Positions 35,300 through 47,904 are shown, counted from the whole stretch's first letter. The stretch: DNA of 63,052 nucleotides, filler included, from Octopus bimaculoides (GCF_001194135.2; 4 parts of 3 records of this genome joined end to end with filler, not necessarily neighbours in it); one strand, 5' to 3'. Numbers and translations: made by a program. Notes: generated by a model from the sequence alone, not told the origin.

Positions 35300-37560
35300 G
35301 ACACACAACGCTTCTAGAACTCAGTTCCGCTGATATGGGTGGGTCTTCTCAAGAACTTCAAGTCGCCAGACATCTTAGTCCATTGTCATTTCCTCTGTGA
35401 GGCCCAACATCCGGAGATCTGTCCTTACCACTTCATCCCACATCTTCCTCTTCAGCAGATATCATCTACTTTCAGTGATCAGCATTTCTTTATGCAGTTG
35501 TCCTCATTCATATGCACCACATGTCCAAACCAATGTAGTCTTCTCTCTTACTTGCTACATTTGATTCCTCTTATGCCCAACCTTTCTCTCAATACATTTG
35601 CACTGTCGTACATGTGCACTGATGTTGCACATCCAACAAAGCATACTACTTTCATTTCTCTCCAGTCTAAGCATTCAGAGCCCATGTCTCACAACCATGG
35701 AGTAGAACTGTTTGCACACAAGCATCATACAGTCTACCTTTCACTCCGAGAGAGAGTCCTTTTGTTGCCAACAGAGGTAATGGCTTTTTCCCCACCTATA
35801 TTTAAGAGATAAGGAATTATGGATATTATTTATATTTATCCTCATCTTGTTTGTTAACACGTTTCGGCTGATATACCCTCCAGCCTTCATCAGGTGTCTT
35901 GGGGAAATTTTGAACCTGGGTTCTCATTCCTAAGGTATTTTTTAATGCTATTATTATTCAGGTCACTGCCTGGAATTGAACTTGGAATCTTGAGGTTAGT
36001 AGCCCACGCTCTTAACCACTACGCCATATGCCCATATGTTTTTTTCTATATTTAAGAGATGAGGAATTATGGATATTATTTATATTTGTCCTCATCTTGT
36101 TTGTTGTTAACACATTTCGGCTGACATACCCTCCAGCCTTCATCAGGTGTCTTGGGGAAATTTTGAACTTGGGTTCTCATTCCTAAGGTATTTTTTGATG
36201 TTATTATTATTATTATTATTCAGGTCACTGCCTGGAATCGAACTTGGAATCTTGGGGTTAGTAGCCCACGCTCTTAACCACTACGCCATATACCTGTCAA
36301 ATGTAAATAATGTACATAATCCCTCATCTCTTAAATATAGAAAAAGTGGGCATATGGCATAGTGCAGCTTTCTTCTCTGAGACAGTAAATGCAAGCATAC
36401 CATTATCCATTATCTCACCAACCACATCTCTATTCTCTCTGATACACTGCTTTGCAATTCTGAACACCTCACGCTGTAGAACATTTGCAAATCTCTTACC
36501 TTCAGCTATTCCTCTTGCTATGTATACCTGATGCTTAGCTGTCCTTTTGGCTTTCTGGTATAATTCTCTGCTTCCACCATTTTCCCATTCTTTCCAGGCC
36601 TGTCTTCTAGCTTTTATACTACTGTCAACCTCCTTGTTCCACCATGTCACCCTTCACCTAACTGCGAATTTGCACCAACCACAGATTTCATCCATAGCCC
36701 TCAGTAGATTGTCCTGCAGGAACTTCCAATTGTCCTCTAAGCTATATGTCCCCAACTCTTCCTCTCTTTCGTCAGAAGCTTCCATTAGTAAATCTCTAAA
36801 TTTTTATCTGTTTGCTGAGTCTTTCAGCTTCCATAGTCTTCTTTTCCAGATAGGTTTATTTCTCCAAGTCTTTCTAGCTCTAATTCTGAAGTCACTGACT
36901 AGTAACCTATGTTGGGTTGTACACTCTTCACCTGGGAAAAACTTTGTATTTTTAAGCATTCATCTATCTCGTTGCCTGGTGAGGAGGTAGTCACTCTGAC
37001 TTACGTGCCCACCGGACTGATAAGTGATTAGGCGGCTGGCTGGTTTTTCGAAGTTAGAGTTGCAGATCATGAGATCATTTGCATCACAGAACTCCAGCAG
37101 TCTTGTTCCCTCCTCATTTCTAGGTCCAAAACCATGCACTGCCTGGAATCCATGAGGATACAGTGCTTCACTAAGAAGCAGTGTACAGTACTAGAATTTT
37201 TGACTTGTGTCAAATCTAACAACCTACTCCAATCCATTGCTAGAGTATCCACTTAAGTGGAGTCTCGACCAAGTGGTTTGTCCTGGTATTGAGTCATATA
37301 AGTTGTAATTAGAAAGTCAAACCGAACAATTATTCTGTGCTGGTGAAGGGAAATAACCCGGAAATTGCGATACACAGATATTGTTTTGAGCTGGGTGGGG
37401 GTGCTAGATTCCTTTGTTTGAAAATATAAGGACACACATCGTGTTGGATAGCCAGCTGAAGACGATGTCTCATGGGGCTAAATTACAGCAACATTCGTCC
37501 TAAACCAGGACTGCCATGTTATGTTGTCAAACAATCTTTACTCCAAAATAGGAATATTTT
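35300..37560 (-). mobile_element. RTE-clade LINE with the RT domain missing, interrupted at 35791-36355
   Basis: TWWNKEVDSSIKARRQAWKEW...FRIAKQCIRENRDVVGE linker (36356-36650), EN remnants to ~37560 and C-terminal remnants at 35339-35790. Confidence 0.8.
35791..36362 (-). mobile_element. Tandem ~253-bp units, each a tRNA-like head plus hammerhead-like core, with a short inverted partial copy
   Basis: Two direct copies with heads at 35959-36033 and 36221-36291 and cores at 35856-35898 and 36109-36151. An inverted junction copy lies at ~36316-36362. Confidence 0.85.
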
Positions 37561-37684
37561 GAAATTATTTAAGACATATGTTTCAGGTTTGCATCCATTA
37601 CATAATACCTTCCTCAGTTGAAGTATTTATATAATAGATCACATAAATAAATCACATATAATAAATCACATAAACCTGAAACAT

Positions 37685-37850
37685 CATCCTCCTCATCATT
37701 TAATGTCCGTTGTCCATGCTGGCATAGGTTGGATAGTTTGACCAGGGCCAGTAAGCTGAGAGGCTGTACCAGAATCCTGTCTGATTTGGCATGGTTTCTA
37801 TGGCTGGATGCCCTTCCTAACACCAACCACTCTGAGAGTGTAATGGGTAA
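37685..37850 (+). mobile_element. Dispersed repeat family D
   Basis: CATCATTTAATGTCCGTTGTCCATGCTGGCAT...GGCTGGATGCCCTTCCTAACACCAACCAC. Confidence 0.7.
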
Positions 37851-39235
37851 TTTTAAAATATCACTATTTGGTTTGACTTATATATGTATTTTAATATTTT
37901 GCTTAGGCACAGTAATACTAATAACCTGGTGTCAGAACTCTACATATGCTTCAAAATGAAACAGCTGTCTAGTACAGAGCAATGATAAAAAAAAATTTTT
38001 TGTCATTCTTTCTGGAGTGTTCCATTAAATATCAATATTGGATGGTCATGTGAAATTTGTGAATTTTTAAAAAGTGAGCCCATTAANNNNNNNNNNNNNN
38101 NNNNNNNNNNNNNNNNNNNNNNNNNNNNNNNNNNNNNNNNNNNNNNNNNNNNNNNNNNNNNNNNNNNNNNNNNNNNNNNNNNNNNNNNNNNNNNNNNNNN
38201 NNNNNNNNNNNNNNNNNNNNNNNNNNNNNNNNNNNNNNNNNNNNNNNNNNNNNNNNNNNNNNNNNNNNNNNNNNNNNNNNNNNNNNNNNNNNNNNNNNNN
38301 NNNNNNNNNNNNNNNNNNNNNNNNNNNNNNNNNNNNNNNNNNNNNNNNNNNNNNNNAAACATACATGAGAAAAAGACATTAATTTCTGGACAACATAATA
38401 TGAAAATGCTAGACAAACACTGCTGAGTAAGAGTGTAGCTCCCATGAAATCAATGGATCAGGTTTTGATCCTTAGTTGAATCCATTTAGTGTCTGTTAAA
38501 CTTTGTACATTTTTTTGTTGTATGCTTTTGTTTTTGTTGTTTTTTTTTTATCCTATAATTTATATAATTTCATAGATTTTGTCTGAATTTTTACAGATGA
38601 AGAATAATTTTTTTGATGATGACTCTTGTCCATATATATATATATATATATATTAGTCTATAATAATGGTATTTCATGTTTTAGAATATATGTATGGCAG
38701 TTAATGCCATTAGAAAAAGCATGAACATCACATATTCCCACTGCAATGTCTCTATATAAATTTGTGACCTTGGGGTGGGGACTAACAAGTTAAGAAATTA
38801 ATTATTCATTCAGTGATTGGGGAGTATAGTGGAGCAATCAGTAACTTTGAGATGAATCGATTTTGAACCTCGAAGTGGGTGAATCCATTTTGTTTTACTA
38901 ACACGGTTAAATGATGAATACCATTACATCTCAGTCCCCCCACCCCCACCCCACTCCATCAATGCAAGGTTTTTCTAACTGGTCAAGAGAAATCAATTCC
39001 AAGTGATTAAAGCTTTGTAATTGATTTCAGAGGCTGAGCCAAAGGTCAGCTTTGACAAAATTGTTCTGTGAGCAAAGATGTTCTGCCTTGCCCGTCCTGT
39101 CTTTATTTCAGGCATAATGTATCTAGGACTTCATTATTCAAAGTGTCCCTTCCGGCTTTTTCTTTTTCAAAGGTGGGGTGTGATTTAAGGGAATGTCTGT
39201 TGCTCTTTCTGGCAAATTTGAGTGACTGTACAGAG

Positions 39236-39403
39236 CAGCGGCTCTCAAATGCACTCCTTAAGCATCCTGCCAGGAGCTTTGGTGGTCTTTTCTCTATTCT
39301 AAAATTTTTCTTTGACTTGTGTTTTACATCTTTGGGTGTGGGCCCCTAAAAAAACCCCAGGTCTGGAATCTGACCTGGATATTAAGAAGGTTGGGAACCA
39401 CTC
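39236..39403. mobile_element. Possible hAT-type MITE
   Basis: Termini CAGCGGCTCTCAA ... TTGGGAACCACT resemble hAT MITE ends; no TSD is visible. Confidence 0.35.
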
Positions 39404-39981
39404 GAAGCATTAAAATGTAAATTCCACCCAAAGATTATAATTACGACACACACACATACAGGTGAGTGTGTATATGTGATTGTGTCTCCTTGTCTGGACC
39501 TTTTGTGGCAATTACTGTTATACAAGCTGTGTCTATTTCCAATCATTTGTGAAAACATGTCTGGCCACGAGGAAATATTCCCTTGCTTTGAAACAAGTGA
39601 GGATTGGCAACAGGAAGGATAACCCTTTGTAGACAACCTGCAACAGTAAACTCTGGCCAATATGGAAAAGGGGACATTAAATTGTTGATGATGATTATAT
39701 ATATATATATATATATATACATATATTATATATATTTAAGAATTTAACGAATGGAGAAAACGCATGTTATAATTGCGTTTTCTCCATTCCTTAAATTCTT
39801 AAATATACTCAAATACCCAAAATTTCAAGGAGTTCCTGCCTTAAAAACAGGAACTAAACCAGTTATTTTGTGTTCTTTGCTACATTGGTTTCTATTAACC
39901 CATTTATTCTATCAGAAGAATTTTTATTCATTAAGATAGAAGAAATACACATAATTATATATTATATATATATATATATAT

Positions 39982-40340
39982 AGGCACAAGAGTGGCTGCA
40001 TAGTAAGAAGCTTGCTTACCAACCACATGGTTCTGGGTTCAGTCCCACTGCATGGCACCTTGGTCAAGTGTCTACTATTATAGCCTCAGGTCAACCAAAG
40101 CCTTGTGAGTGGATTTGGTAGATGGAAATTGAAAGAAGCTCGTCGTATATGTGTGCGTGTGTGTGTTTGTCTCTCCATCATCGCTTGACAACCGATGTTG
40201 CTGTGTTTACATCAACATAGCTTAGCAGTTCAGCAAAAGAAACTGATAAAATAAGGACTAGGCTTACAAAGAATAAGTCTTGAGGTCACTTTGTTCGACT
40301 AAAGGTGGTGCTCCAGCATGGTCGTAGTCAAGAATAAAAG
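39982..40340 (+). mobile_element. SINE family A
   Basis: Head and tail homology to the other copies. Confidence 0.85.
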
Positions 40341-40899
40341 AATATATGTTTGGAGGGACATATTATCTGGGCAGATACTCTCAGTTGAGTTCCAGTTGAC
40401 AGCATCCGATGTCTGCGACTACAATTAGCTGTTAGTCACTCCAAGGTCAATTTGTAACTGGCAGAGAGAGAGAGAGGGAGGTGGGGGCCGCTAATGAGTT
40501 AAGAAATTAATTACTCATTCAGTGGTTGAAAGTACTATGGAGCAATCGGTAACCCTGGCATGAATTGATTTTGGTCCTCAAAGTGGGTGAATTCATTTTA
40601 TTTCACTAATTCCATGTCCTGTACTGGACAGTAAAAGGTCACCCGGAATATATATTAATACTAATAAAGAGTATGGAGACTTGTACACCCATATTAAAAT
40701 GACCTACACGTGTTTCCACTGCAGTGACTACTCACTGTTGCAACTGCAACCTTACAATATTGTTGGTGCAGCTTCATCAGGGTCCATCCATTTGGTCATC
40801 CTTGAGGATGAAGGTCATTATAATATGCTACATATAACTATAAAATACGTTTTGTGAATGTACAAGTTCTCATACTCTTTATTATTAATATATATAGAT

Positions 40900-41283
40900 A
40901 GGCACAGGAGAAGCTGTGTGGTAAGAAGCTTGCTTTACAACCACATGGTTCCGGGCTTCGTCCCACTGTGTCGCACCTTGGGCAAGTGTCTTTTACTATA
41001 GCCTCTGACCGACCAAAGCCTTGAGTGGATTTGGTAGACGGAAACTGAAAGAAGCCCGTCGTATATATATATCTATATATATATGACGCCAGTCGCCATG
41101 ATAGATCGCTGACCACAACATTCAAATTTTTTTTTTCTCCGTGTTTTTCTCCTTATTCTTTCTGTTGAAGAGCGTAGCTAGAAACGTTAAAGACTTTCTC
41201 TATTCCCGAGCGTTAAACTAATACATCCTTTTGTTGTTTACATCACCTGTCCTCGTCTGTTGTTTTTTTTCGTAAATTCTCCC

Positions 41284-41315
<32 letters not shown>

Positions 41316-41522
41316 ATATGTTTGTGTGTCTGTGTTTGTCCCCCAACATCGCTTGACAACCGATGCTGGTGTGTTTACATCCCCGTAACCTAGCGATTCA
41401 GCAAAAAGAGACCGATAGAATAAGTACTAGGCTTACAAAGAATAAGTCCTGGGGTCGATTTGCTTGACTAAAGGTGGTGCTCCAGCATGGCAGCAGTCAG
41501 ATGACTGAAACGAGTAAAAGAG
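40900..41522 (+). mobile_element. SINE family A with a nested insert (41085-41290) in its central (TA)n
   Basis: Head 40900-41070 and tail 41300-41522 flank a repeat homologous to 16400-16605. Confidence 0.85.
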
Positions 41523-42139
41523 TATGTGTGAGTTTGTGTTTCCTTCTCTGGATATTGTGTTATAGCTGTAAATGAGTGTCACAGTCATACAGGCAGTGTC
41601 ATTCATTTCCAATATTCTTCAAAAACATGTCTGGCCGCGGGGGTGGGAATTTACCTTGTTTGGAACCAGGGAAGGGTTGGTGACAGGAAGGGCATCCAGC
41701 TGTAGAAAAATCTACCCCAACAAATGTTAGAACGATGACAACGATGAATGAATAATGATGATGACTACCTGAGACCCAGTGCAGTTTTCTGCCACGCGCA
41801 CCATAATAAATTAATTACGTATAGGGGAAGGGAGAAGTTGTGATGTTCATACATTTGTCAAAGGGCATTGGGGAGCATAAGTCAAATAATGTTAAGTGGA
41901 ATAGAGGGAGATATCTTTAAACAAAAAACAGAATAACATTTTAAAATAACACTGAAACAATATTTGCAGAGACAAAGAACAACAAAAAACATTTTTTTTT
42001 TTACAATGACTAAACCAACATAAATAGCTATATATATGTATATATATACATACGCACAAACATATATATATATACACCTATATACATATACAGACATATA
42101 TATATATATACGCACATATATACACGGCCTGATGAATAA

Positions 42140-42370
42140 GTAGGGCAGCAGGCTGGTAGAATCATTAGCACGCTGGGCAAAATGCTTAGCTGTATTTCGT
42201 CTGCCGTTATGTACCAAGTTCAAATTCCACCAAGGTCGACTTTGCCTTTCATCCTTTCAGGATCGATTAAATAAGTACCAGTTATGCACTGGGGGTCAAT
42301 GTAATTGACTTAATCCCTTTGTATGTCCTTATTTGTCCACTCTACGTTTAGCCCCGTGTGGGCAATAAAG
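42140..42370 (+). mobile_element. tRNA-derived SINE, family C
   Basis: GCAGGCTGGTAGAATCATTAGCAC...GTTCAAATTCC...GACTTTGCCTTTCATCCTTT...AAATAAGTACCAG recurs at 59.9-60.3 kb. Confidence 0.8.
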
Positions 42371-42378
42371 AAATATAT

Positions 42379-43233
42379 AAGTATCCGGATTGTTGCTATG
42401 GTAACAAAGCTAAAGCATGCAGAGTGAAGCCGCTTGGCACAGATTGACCTTGAAACTCTGCTGTGCATACGCACCGAGTCTTAATGTTCTAGCTCACTTC
42501 CAGCAGTGCTTGGAAGAAACATGCGATCACCACACTAATCACGACAGAGAAAGTTGTCAAGGTGATACCTGCTCAGAGGCCCATGCAGAGTTGCAGAAAG
42601 AGGAGTGTATGAGCCACACACTGATGCATGAGTGGTTCAGACGTCTCCAAGATGGCCGAAAAAAATGTTGATGTTGACAAACGTTTTGTGAAATCTGCAA
42701 CCAGCAGAACTGAGGAAAACATCACAAATCTGCGTGCAGCTGTGAGGGGATGTCATCGAATCACCATCTACGAGTTATCATGGGATGTGTAGATAAGTTA
42801 CGGTTCAGTTGAGCCCATTATCACTGAAGATTTGCATACGAGATGCATGTCTGCCAAGTTTGTGCCACAACTGCTTTCAGCTGACCAAGAAGACACTCGG
42901 GTTTCAGTTGCACAAGATCTCCTTGATTGTGTTAAGAACAATGTAAACTTTTTGGAAACTTTGCGTAGGCCTCTGAGCAGGTATTGCCAAGCTTTTAGAA
43001 AACTTTGATGCAGATTCTCTGCTCAACTTTCTCTGTTATAGTCAATACGATGATCACGTGCTACACACCTTCCTTCCAAGTACTGCTGTAAACAGCGGAA
43101 TTGAGCTAGAATGTTAAAACTTAGTGCACATGCACAGCAGAGTTCAAGGTCAGTCTGTGCTAAGTGGCTTTACTCTGCATGCTTTAGCTTTGTTACTATG
43201 GCAACAATCTGGATACTTATTGAATAGACCACA
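42379..43233 (+). mobile_element. Mariner deletion derivative with ~130-bp terminal inverted repeats
   Basis: Arms 42379-~42507 and ~43095-43233. Internal peptide HEWFRRLQDGRK...RTEENI...RITIYEL...IITEDL...SAKFVPQLL matches the mariner N-terminal DNA-binding region. Confidence 0.85.
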
Positions 43234-43234
43234 T

Positions 43235-43340
43235 ATATATACACACTCACGCACACATATATATATACATACACACACACAACTATATATATATACACAC
43301 ATACACAACTATATATATATATAAATATACACATACACAC

Positions 43341-43385
<45 letters not shown>

Positions 43386-43393
43386 CACACAAC

Positions 43394-43434
<41 letters not shown>

Positions 43435-43620
43435 ACACGCACAACTATATATATATGTATGTGTGTACACGCACAACTATATATATATGTATATATGTAC
43501 ACACACAACTATATATATATATATATATATGTGTGTACACACGCACAACTATATATATGTATACATATGTACACACAAAACTATATATATATATGTATAT
43601 ATATGTACACACTCGCACAC

Positions 43621-43661
<41 letters not shown>

Positions 43662-43780
43662 TAACTATATATATATAATACTCACACACACACACATAAC
43701 TATATATATATAATATACACACACAACAATATATATATATATATGTATGTATATGTACACACACACAACTGTATATATCT
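43235..43780. repeat. Higher-order minisatellite of variable (TA)n/(CA)n units anchored on CAACTATA
   Basis: About 14 units of roughly 30-60 bp, by eye. Confidence 0.85.
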
Positions 43781-44394
43781 GGTTTTCAACAGTGATTCTC
43801 AGGGCTGCAAGTATCCTTCTAGTGGATCTTGAGAGTCTTCTCTCTATAAATATATTTTCTTAGGATTTTGTTTTATTTCTTTTAGTGTGCACCCCAGGTT
43901 TTGAGTTTGGCCCAGATATTAAAACAGTTGAGAACTATATGATATATAGTTACATACATACACATATATGTACAAAAACATACACACACACATATATATA
44001 TGTACAAAAACATACATACACACACACACACACATATCTATATATCCTATACATCTACAAGTATATAGAGGTTTGTAGTTATCTATTTATATATTACATG
44101 TACACACACACATTGCATAAGGGTTTTCTAGTGTGGCCCCCGCTTGACCTTTTCCCTGTGAGTTGATTTAGTAAAGTGATATGATACAAGACTGTTGTCT
44201 GTGTGCATGTCTCTTTGTCTTGATATCGCATGTTAATAGTAAACGAGTGTCACTGTCGTAGGGAGATATTATCCTAGTCTGAAACAAGTGGTGGTTGTTG
44301 ACTGGAAAGGCATCCAGCTGCAGAGGACTTGCTTAGATGAATCCCTTCTTGCTATTGCAAACAGGGAAATGTTGATACTAAAACAGTTCTGACA

Positions 44395-44666
44395 ATTTTG
44401 TTGTGTCTGGGGAGAGTTAGTCTGTTTTAATGCATTATTAATTAACACACTGGTTCGATTTTTACTCATTTATTTTTTTTTCTATAATTTTTGTTGCGTC
44501 TTGCAACCTCTTCAATAGTTGTTGACTCTGTGCATTACCGTAGAAATTGCAAGAAGCAACAAAAATTTTAGAAAATAAAAAAAAAGTCAATGAGAGGAAA
44601 TTGAACCGGTGAGTGTGTTAATCAATAAGGCATTAAAACAGAATGAGTCTCCACAGACAATAAAAT
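44395..44666. mobile_element. Foldback/MITE-like inverted repeat (44395-44506 / 44547-44666)
   Basis: The arms align at roughly 80% identity; spacer is 40 bp. Confidence 0.75.
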
Positions 44667-44735
44667 ATGGTTCAACACACGGATTCACATAAAGAATCTT
44701 GCAAACCAAATACAAAATTATGACAATGCTGTGTG

Positions 44736-44766
<31 letters not shown>

Positions 44767-45284
44767 ATAAATACACACAGAGTAACAGTGATATGAAAGT
44801 CTTCAATCAACTAAAATTACCTCTGCAATTAGAAAATAAAAGTTCCCATTAAGGGTACATAAACCATAAAAAAAAATATTAAAAAAAAGGGAAATGATTT
44901 CCGTAGCAGCTAATCGTAATTTTTGGAAAGTAAAAGACAATCCAGTTAGGAGTGGATCTTGGTTAACCAAAGTAAATATGCTTCACTGAGGAGTTCTAAT
45001 AAGACTGAAACATGCCTGCTGATTTCAGTAATGGCAATGTTCACTCCTTAATAATGTTCTGTTATACGAGTTATCTCCCTTGGTTATTGGAAGTGTATTT
45101 TAAGCATGACCAAAAGGAGATTCTGTTTTCAAATTGCAAGGATAGGATACTCACTGTTGATCAATTCTTTTTTTTTTTTCTTTCAATTCACAATGATACA
45201 TGTTAGACATTCAGCAGAAGTGATTGTGTACAGGTGTATCTCATTCTCTCTCTTTCTCTGTGTGTGTGTGTGTAAAATAAATAA

Positions 45285-45528
45285 AGGTTTCCTTCTTGAG
45301 CCATGCTAGGCTCATAAGGTCCGGTTTCATGGCATATATATTCCCCCACGTTTGACGGGATACTGGTCCGTCGCAGGGTTACTCATTTTTGCCAGCTGAG
45401 TCAACTGGAGCAACGTGAAATGAAGTGTCTTGCTCAAGAGCACAACACATCACCCAGTCCAGGAATCAAAAACCACAATCATACACTCATGAGTCAAGCA
45501 CCCTAACCACTAAGCCACGTCCCTCCAC
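45285..45528 (-). mobile_element. SINE family B
   Basis: GTTACTCATTTTTGCCAGCTGAGT...GAAATGAAGTG...CCCTAACCACTAAGCCAC, as at 6.4 kb. Confidence 0.85.
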
Positions 45529-45780
45529 TATATATATATAGGGTTGTATGTCACCTGACAGTAAATCAAAACCATGTAATTCCAAGATTTATTTATGTTT
45601 AATAACTGAATGAATTTAATAAAAGCATTGCATCTCAGAGCAGAAACAGCTGTAAGTCTATGTAGTACATTGTATAATTTCTTTGTTCTCTTCTCATGTA
45701 TTTAATTACTGATTGAGATTTTACTATATTCTACACAGACATATATAAATCTATGAATATAGACTTGTGTGTGTATATAT

Positions 45781-46152
45781 AGGCATAGACATGGTTGCAT
45801 GGTACAAAGCTTGCTCCCCAGCCACACGGTTCTGGGTTCAGTCCCACTGCGTGACACCTTGGGCAAGTGTCTTCTACTCTAGCCTCAGGCTGACTAAAGC
45901 CTTGTGAGTGAATTTGGTAGATGGAAACTGAAAGAAGCTTGTCACATATGTGTGTGTCTGTGTGTCTCCCCCCCTACCACCATTGCTTGACAACTGATGT
46001 TGGTGTGTTTACATCACAACTCCATAACTTAGTGGTTCAGCAAGAGAGACCGATAGAATAAGTATTAAGCTTACAAAGATTTGTTCGACTAAAAAAAACC
46101 CTTAAAGTGGTGCTCCAGCTTGGCAGCAGTCAAGTGACTGAAACAAGTAAAA
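45781..46152 (+). mobile_element. SINE family A
   Basis: Head and tail homology to the other copies. Confidence 0.85.
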
Positions 46153-46583
46153 GTATAAAGGAATATAAAACACACATGCAGGTTTCTTTTTTCTTTCATG
46201 AATGGGGGGGGCGGAAACAAAAAAAAAAACCCTCAATCCACTCTCAGAGTCTGAGTCTGAGTGTATGTAGTTGGTGCCTTCTGCACTGCAACTCAGTTTT
46301 ACATTGAAGACGTTTGGTAAGGTTACAGTCTCATATATACATGCATGTGTGTGTACATACAGTCATACATATATATATATAATTATAAGGGGAAAAAGTA
46401 TTTTCTCCAATGCATAGACTTCACTTTGAAGTGTTCCAGATATTGAAACCTGAAGCATTAGAACAATGCAGAAGTAAGAACCAAAGTTAGGCATATCAGG
46501 TTCACATCTACATTTATATTTATTCAACCCCAGACCCAACAGGCATGAATTTCTCCGAGAATATATTCAACACATTGAAAATA

Positions 46584-47859
46584 TTAGGTTGTCAAGAAAG
46601 TTCTTGCGGAATTTTTAATTTTGGTTTTAAATGATGTATTTTCAAATTAATTTTTGTTAAATTACTTAATATATCATTTTAAAGCCTGTTTTTCGCTCTA
46701 TCAAATCATGGTACTCTTTCTCTTTTTGAATAATTAGGCCATTTTTTCCAGAACATTGAATACAACATGGACAAAAAGATTCGCACAATTTTCTTATTCC
46801 AGTTCAAGCTAGGCCAAAAAGCTGCTGAAACAGCTCACGATATCAATGATGCATTTGGCTCAGGAACCACTAATGAACATACAGCACAATGGTGGTTCAA
46901 GAAATTTTGTAGCAGTGACAGGAGTCTTGAAGATGATAAGCATAGTGGTCAGCCATTGGATGTTGACAATGATCAAATAAGAGCCTTAGTCGAAGCCAAT
47001 CCATGCACAACTGTTTGAGAGCTTGCTTCAGAATTAGATGTAACGTATACAACAATTTCCAACCACATGAAAGAGATTGGAAAAACAAAAATACTTGAGA
47101 AATGGGTGCTGCACGAATTGAACGACAACCAAAAAATACGCTGTTTTGAAGTGTCGTCTTCCCTTCTTTTACGCAACAAGAACAACCTATTTCTCAACCG
47201 GATTGTGACTTATGATGAAAAATGGATTCTTTACAACAACTGGCAACGCTCAGCTCAGTGGTTGGACACCAACAAAGCTCCACAGCCCTTCCCGAAGCCA
47301 AAGTTGCACCAAAAGAAAGTCATGGTGACTGTTTGGTGGTCTGCGGCCGGTCTCATCCATCACAGCTTTTTGGATCCAGGCGAAACCATTATGGTGGAGA
47401 AGTACGGTCAGCAAATGGATGAAATGCATAAGAAACTCTGATCACAAAGCCAGCATTGGTCAATAGGAAAGGACCAATTCTTCTCAACAACAACGCTTGG
47501 CAACATGTCGCATAACTGACCCTGCAGAAGTTGAATGAATTGGGCTACGAAACTCTGCCTCATCCGCCATACTCACCAGACCTCTCGCCTACCAACTACC
47601 ACTTTTTCAAGCATCTCGACAACTTTGTGCATGAGAAATGCTTCAAAAACCAAGACGATGCTAAACACACCTTCAACGACTTCATCACCAACAGAACACA
47701 AGATTTTTATGCTACTGGCATAAATAAACTTGTTTCACGTTGGCAAAAGTGTGTTGATTCTGATGGTGTTTATTTTGATTAATAAAATTTTGTTTGAGCC
47801 AAGCTATGTGCATCTGAATTTAAAGGGTAAAAATCACAAGAACTTTCTTGACAACGTAA
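46584..47859 (+). mobile_element. Full-length (1276 bp) inactive mariner transposon; transposase pseudogene 46767-47782
   Basis: TIRs TTAGGTTGTCAAGAAAGTTCTTG / CAAGAACTTTCTTGACAACGTAA, flanked by TA. Motifs WVLHEL, TYDEKW and HPPYSPDL are present; there are three premature stops and one frameshift. Confidence 0.95.
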
Positions 47860-47904
47860 TATATCAACACAAAATATATATATATATGTATATACATGCA
47901 TACA

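Noticed and set aside
35959-36291. tRNA-like sequences as genuine tRNA genes (also the heads of SINE families A-C)
   Set aside because: Acceptor and anticodon stems do not pair properly, and each head is fused to a repeat body.
40735-40795. CTGATGA-AGCTGC...GCAGTT-GCAAC on the minus strand as another hammerhead
   Set aside because: It has GCAA instead of the essential GAAA and no helix I/III.
43170-43764. Overlapping IYIY/THTH/CVCV ORFs here and at 9.5, 12.3, 57.0 and 61.3 kb
   Set aside because: They are translations of (TA)n, (CA)n and (GT)n microsatellites.
43235-43780. Repeat-and-spacer appearance resembling a CRISPR array
   Set aside because: The spacers are simple dinucleotide tracts, the anchor is only ~8 bp, there are no cas genes, and the context is eukaryotic.
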